Assembly (NCBI GenBank): GCA_963790205.1
Contig: CAWBNQ010000001.1
Coordinates: 448,001 to 512,000 of the forward strand
DNA from: Nitrospirota bacterium
Lineage (GTDB): Bacteria > Nitrospirota > UBA9217
DNA: 64,000 bases
Direction: 5' to 3'
Shown here: in pieces, positions 60,237-64,000 of the stretch
How the letters are laid out: each line of letters begins with the position of its first letter
Position numbering within the stretch: the first letter of the stretch is position 1
The notes under the pieces: model-generated
Database searches by the model: none
Seen by the model: only the letters and a program-made list of their open reading frames with translations
Told to the model about the DNA's origin: nothing
Translations under genes and position numbers: made by a program

Positions 60237-61301
60237 TTGAACAGCCCACTTAAAATACCGCCGGAATGGCGGGCCGCTGCGGAAGACATCCTGGCCCATG
60301 GCGGGCCGGTCATGGTCCTCGGCGCTCCTGGCTCGGGCAAGACCACATTCTGCCTGTACCTTGCGGGGATGTTTTGCCGCCAGGGGAGAAGTGTGGCCTG
60401 GCTCGACGCCGACCCGGGCCAGCCCTTCATTGGCCCGCCGGCGGTCATATCGCTGACGCTTTATTCCGAAGCTGCCGACCTCTTAAAACGGAGAAATCCC
60501 CAAACCTTCAGCTTTATCGGGAACACGTCGCCTGTCGGCCGCCTCCTTGAGCTTATTGCCGGTGTCCAGAAGCTTGTTTCCCTTGCTCAAACACTGGGCC
60601 CCGGTCTCATTCTGATCAATACGTGCGGCCTGGTACAGGGCGGCGCGGCGCGGGAGCTCAAGTTTCACGAGATCGACATGATCGCGCCCCATTACGTGTT
60701 GGCCCTGCAAAAGGGGAACGAAGTAGAACATCTCCTCGCCCCGCACTCGCACCGGGCCGGGCTGCTCATTCACCGCCTGCCGATATCGCCCGACGCAAAG
60801 GTCTCCACCGGTGAAGCGCGGCGCGCAGTGCGTGAACAGCGGTTCAAAGAATACTTCCGGGGCGCCGACTTTCAGGAGATCGCGCTCCACGACGTGGGCG
60901 TACACGGGCCGGGCCTGGGCACCGGCGAGCGCCTGGGGTTTCGGGACGTTAATAAACTTTCAAAAATTCTCCAGGCGATCGTCATCCATGCGGAATTGTC
61001 GGCGGACCGGCTGTTCCTTCTGGTCGAAGGCGAATACGCGGGCGACGAGCTGTACACAGCCAGGGAGCAATATAATGTCCGGGAGGTGACGGTCCTCAAG
61101 CGGTCCGAGCTGGACCATCTGCTCGTAGGGCTGAACGACGACCGCAATCTCTGCCTCGGCCTGGGGATCCTGCGCGACCTGGACCTGAAGGAGCTGACGG
61201 TACGGGTCATCACCCCCCTCAGGGATATTTCGATGGTCCGGAACATCTCCTTGGGCTCCCTCCGCGTGAACCCCGCCGGCGGAGAACTCGGGCAGTGGTG
61301 A
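60237..61301 (+). CDS. Clp1/Nol9/Grc3-like polynucleotide 5'-hydroxyl kinase
   Basis: P-loop GAPGSGKT, DADPGQ..IGPP, INTCG..QG..A..LK and R...R..R lid motif. Confidence 0.85.
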   Translation: MNSPLKIPPEWRAAAEDILAHGGPVMVLGAPGSGKTTFCLYLAGMFCRQGRSVAWLDADPGQPFIGPPAVISLTLYSEAADLLKRRNPQTFSFIGNTSPVGRLLELIAGVQKLVSLAQTLGPGLILINTCGLVQGGAARELKFHEIDMIAPHYVLALQKGNEVEHLLAPHSHRAGLLIHRLPISPDAKVSTGEARRAVREQRFKEYFRGADFQEIALHDVGVHGPGLGTGERLGFRDVNKLSKILQAIVIHAELSADRLFLLVEGEYAGDELYTAREQYNVREVTVLKRSELDHLLVGLNDDRNLCLGLGILRDLDLKELTVRVITPLRDISMVRNISLGSLRVNPAGGELGQW

Positions 61302-61317
61302 GGTTCCACGTGGAACA
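61302..61317. promoter_or_regulatory. parS site 2
   Basis: GGTTCCACGTGGAACA, identical to site 1. Confidence 0.85.
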
Positions 61318-61370
61318 AACGAATGCGGAACATCGATTTTGGATTGTAGACTATAATCCGAAAAACCTAT

Positions 61371-61527
61371 CGCCACAGAGAACGCAGAGGGCGCAGAGGC
61401 ACACGTAGATTCCATGCTCCCATGATGATTTTTTAAAATTCCCAGCGGAAAAACCCGCGGTTATCCCACTAAATTTGATTCTGAACATCCTCAAATGCTT
61501 CTCTGCATTCTCAGCGCTCTCTGCGGT
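61371..61527. repeat. Nonamer-based inverted repeat element
   Basis: cgccacagagaacgcagagggcgcagag ... ctctgcattctcagcgctctctgcgg. Confidence 0.55.
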
Positions 61528-61618
61528 AAAATCCGAGTTTTTTTCTTCCTTTTATTATTACCTTATGGTAAAGTAATACGATTTTGAATCAGCAGTATGG
61601 GAGAGGTTAGAGGAGAGC

Positions 61619-62395
61619 ATGGGCAGGGTCATAGCAATTGCCAATCAGAAGGGCGGCGTAGGCAAGACCACGACCACCGTGAACATCGCTGCATCGATCG
61701 CCGCTGCTGAAAAAAAGGTCCTGCTCATCGACTCAGACCCCCAGGGCAACTCCACGAGCGGCATGGGGATCGACCGCAAGGACATCACCGGCAGCACCTA
61801 TGACCTCTATACCGGCAAGCGCACGCTCCAGGAGATAAAAAAGTCTACTCATTTTCCCTGGCTCGACGTAGTCCCGGCAGGGATCGACCTCGTGGGCGTT
61901 GAAATCGAGCTCATCCAGATGATCGCCCGCGAGCGGGTGCTCAAGAAAGCGCTCTCCGCCTTCAAGAATGATTACGACTACGTATTCATCGACTGCCCGC
62001 CGTCGCTCGGGCTGCTCACGGTCAATGCTCTGACCGCGGCCGACGGGGTGCTCATCCCGGTCCAGACCGAGTACTATGCGCTCGAAGGGCTGACCGCGCT
62101 TATGAACACGATCAAGCTCATCAAGCAGGACCTGAACCCCGACCTCGTTATCGAGGGCGTGCTTCTCACCATGTACGACAGCAGGAACAACCTGGCCGAC
62201 CAGGTGTCGCAGGAAGTGCGCAAGTATTTCGGGAACAAGGTGTTTACCACCGTCATCCACCGCAATGTTGCGCTCTCCGAGGCGCCGAGCCACGGCAAGC
62301 CGGTGCTGTTATACGACATACGGTCCCGGGGGGCCCAAAGCTACCTCGAGCTTGCAAAGGAGGTCCTGACCAATGCAAAAGCAGGCGCTCGGTAA
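61619..62395 (+). CDS. parA: Chromosome partitioning ATPase ParA/Soj
   Basis: NQKGGVGKTTT, DPQGN, DCPPSLG and EAPSHG. Confidence 0.97.
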   Translation: MGRVIAIANQKGGVGKTTTTVNIAASIAAAEKKVLLIDSDPQGNSTSGMGIDRKDITGSTYDLYTGKRTLQEIKKSTHFPWLDVVPAGIDLVGVEIELIQMIARERVLKKALSAFKNDYDYVFIDCPPSLGLLTVNALTAADGVLIPVQTEYYALEGLTALMNTIKLIKQDLNPDLVIEGVLLTMYDSRNNLADQVSQEVRKYFGNKVFTTVIHRNVALSEAPSHGKPVLLYDIRSRGAQSYLELAKEVLTNAKAGAR

Positions 62396-63218
62396 AGGCC
62401 TCGGCGCGCTCATCCCCGACCTCTCCGCGCTCGACGACAAAGAGAAGAAGGCCCTGGGCATTCATGAGCTCGAGCTCGACAAGATCGTGCCGAACGAGTA
62501 CCAGCCCCGGAAGGTCTTTGACGATGATAAACTGAAGGAGCTCGCTGCCTCGATAAAAGAACAGGGCGTGATCCAGCCTGTGATCGTGCACCGGGCCGGC
62601 AGCGGCTACGAGCTGATCGCCGGCGAACGGAGGTGGCGCGCGTCACGGCTTGCGGGGCTCAAGACCATTCCCGCGCTCGTCAAGGAGGCGACCAAACGCG
62701 AACTCCTCGAGATGGCGCTGATCGAGAACATCCAGCGCGAGGACCTGAACCCGCTCGAAGCAGCCGAGGCATACAAGCGGCTCCAGGACGAGTTCAAGCT
62801 GACCCAGGAAGACCTCGCCAGGCGCGTCGGCAAAGAGCGCTCGACGGTGACGAATTTTCTTCGCATTCTGGGCCTGCCGAAGGAAATAAAGCACGAACTC
62901 GCTGCCGGCAGCCTCAGCATGGGACATGCCAAGGCGCTCCTGTCCCTCGAACGCAGCCGAGACCAGATACAGGCCGCGCTCATGATCACGAAGAAGGGAC
63001 TCTCGGTCAGAGAGGCCGAGGCCCTTGCCTCACGTCTCAAGAACCCGCCGAAGGATAAAAAGGCGCGGCTGAGCCACGAGTTGAAAGCGGTGGAAGAAAA
63101 GCTTAAAAAGGCACTCGGCACCAAGGTGAGCATAGCTGCAAAATCCAGGGGCGGCAGGATCGTGATCGAGTATTATTCAGCCGAAGAACTGGACCGGATA
63201 CTGGAAAAGATCTGTTAA
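62373..63218 (+). CDS. parB: Chromosome partitioning protein ParB/Spo0J
   Basis: LGKGLGALI, QPR, IAGERRWRA, ENIQREDL and HTH. Confidence 0.97.
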   Translation: MQKQALGKGLGALIPDLSALDDKEKKALGIHELELDKIVPNEYQPRKVFDDDKLKELAASIKEQGVIQPVIVHRAGSGYELIAGERRWRASRLAGLKTIPALVKEATKRELLEMALIENIQREDLNPLEAAEAYKRLQDEFKLTQEDLARRVGKERSTVTNFLRILGLPKEIKHELAAGSLSMGHAKALLSLERSRDQIQAALMITKKGLSVREAEALASRLKNPPKDKKARLSHELKAVEEKLKKALGTKVSIAAKSRGGRIVIEYYSAEELDRILEKIC

Positions 63219-63419
63219 GACAAACGCTCTGCCGCAAAGGCACAAAGGCGCCTGGAAAGATCCGGATTCAACCAGGTAGGATTATCCTTCGCGTCTTAGC
63301 CTGCAGCCGGCGATTACGAGTGGTAACGTAGCCTGCTCTTGCGAAGACGCGGCCATAAACGAGTGCAAGGTGTGACTTCGCGGCAAAAAAATTTGAATTT
63401 ATTTGAGGAGGAATCATTC

Positions 63420-63815
63420 ATGTTGAAAAAAGGCTCAGGTTCACCGGAACAGGCGGAGATCACCGCGTTTCTGGGCAAAGGCACGGAGTTCAAGGGTGTG
63501 CTCAGTTTCGAAGGCACCATCCGCGTAGACGGCAAAGTCGAAGGAGAGATCGTGTCCAAGGACACGCTGATAGCCGGCGACGGAGCGACGCTCCAGGGCG
63601 AGATCACCGTCGGAACGATCATCTCAAGCGGCAAGGTCATCGGCAATATCAACGCGAGCCAGAAGGTGCATATCCTCGCCCCGGGAAATATTCAGGGTAA
63701 TATCAAAACGCCGAAGCTCATTATCGAAGAGGGTGTTACCTTTGACGGCAAGTGCGAAATGGCCGGAGAGAGAAAAGCGGCGGAGCAGAAGGTCGTGTCG
63801 CTCACGGACAGGTAG
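63420..63815 (+). CDS. Bactofilin (polymer-forming cytoskeletal protein)
   Basis: LGKGTEFKG.L.F.G..RVDG.VEGEI...IEEGVTFDGKCEM. Confidence 0.9.
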   Translation: MLKKGSGSPEQAEITAFLGKGTEFKGVLSFEGTIRVDGKVEGEIVSKDTLIAGDGATLQGEITVGTIISSGKVIGNINASQKVHILAPGNIQGNIKTPKLIIEEGVTFDGKCEMAGERKAAEQKVVSLTDR

Positions 63816-64000
63816 GGCTTTTCGTCTACCGCACCTGATCATCACGAACCGGAAATGCAGAAGGAGAAAGGAGGATTACGGTATTCTCTTTTCTTTTGGG
63901 CCGTTTCTCCGTGTTGGGTCTTGCACATTCGCGTTTTCCACGACAACAAATCTCTTAGCGTATCGAGACTTTAATGGTCCTCTTTCATCTTTTTCGCAGA

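Noticed and set aside
55590..63999. Replication origin near mnmE/parAB
   Set aside because: No cluster of TTATCCACA DnaA boxes and no dnaA gene in the window.

Overview
This is a GC-rich bacterial chromosomal window. Gene content and order suggest an anaerobic Nitrospirota/Desulfobacterota-like organism (inference only), near the parAB/parS region. Most of it is housekeeping: the 3' end of a formate dehydrogenase gene and fhs, tatA, pdxA, gltX, atpB/atpE, rpsB-tsf-pyrH-frr, rplM-rpsI-argC-argJ, rpsU-yqeY-mutS2-dnaG-rpoD-tRNA-Ile2, RNase HI and rnpB, pgi, and mnmE-mnmG-rsmG-parA-parB-bactofilin. Four accessory parts stand out. (1) A sigma-54-driven biosynthetic operon of unknown product at 3.7-12.4 kb, encoding a HAD phosphatase, class III aminotransferase, ACP, ketosynthase, a Cys-nucleophile alpha/beta hydrolase and a secreted protein, with its own sensor kinase, NtrC-type activator and a duplicated stand-alone receiver. 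(2) An island after rnpB (46-50 kb) where small genes sit between direct repeats and heptamer hairpins like cassettes, followed by a MITE and an IS110/IS1111-type element with a candidate bridge/seekRNA. (3) A Clp1-like polynucleotide kinase gene bracketed by 29-bp parS-containing direct repeats between rsmG and parA. (4) A sigma-54-controlled pair of Gly-rich membrane paralogs. Single-base frameshifts in rplM, argC and rpoD, and a compensated pair in a diguanylate cyclase, are most likely sequencing errors. No CRISPR array or rRNA was seen.
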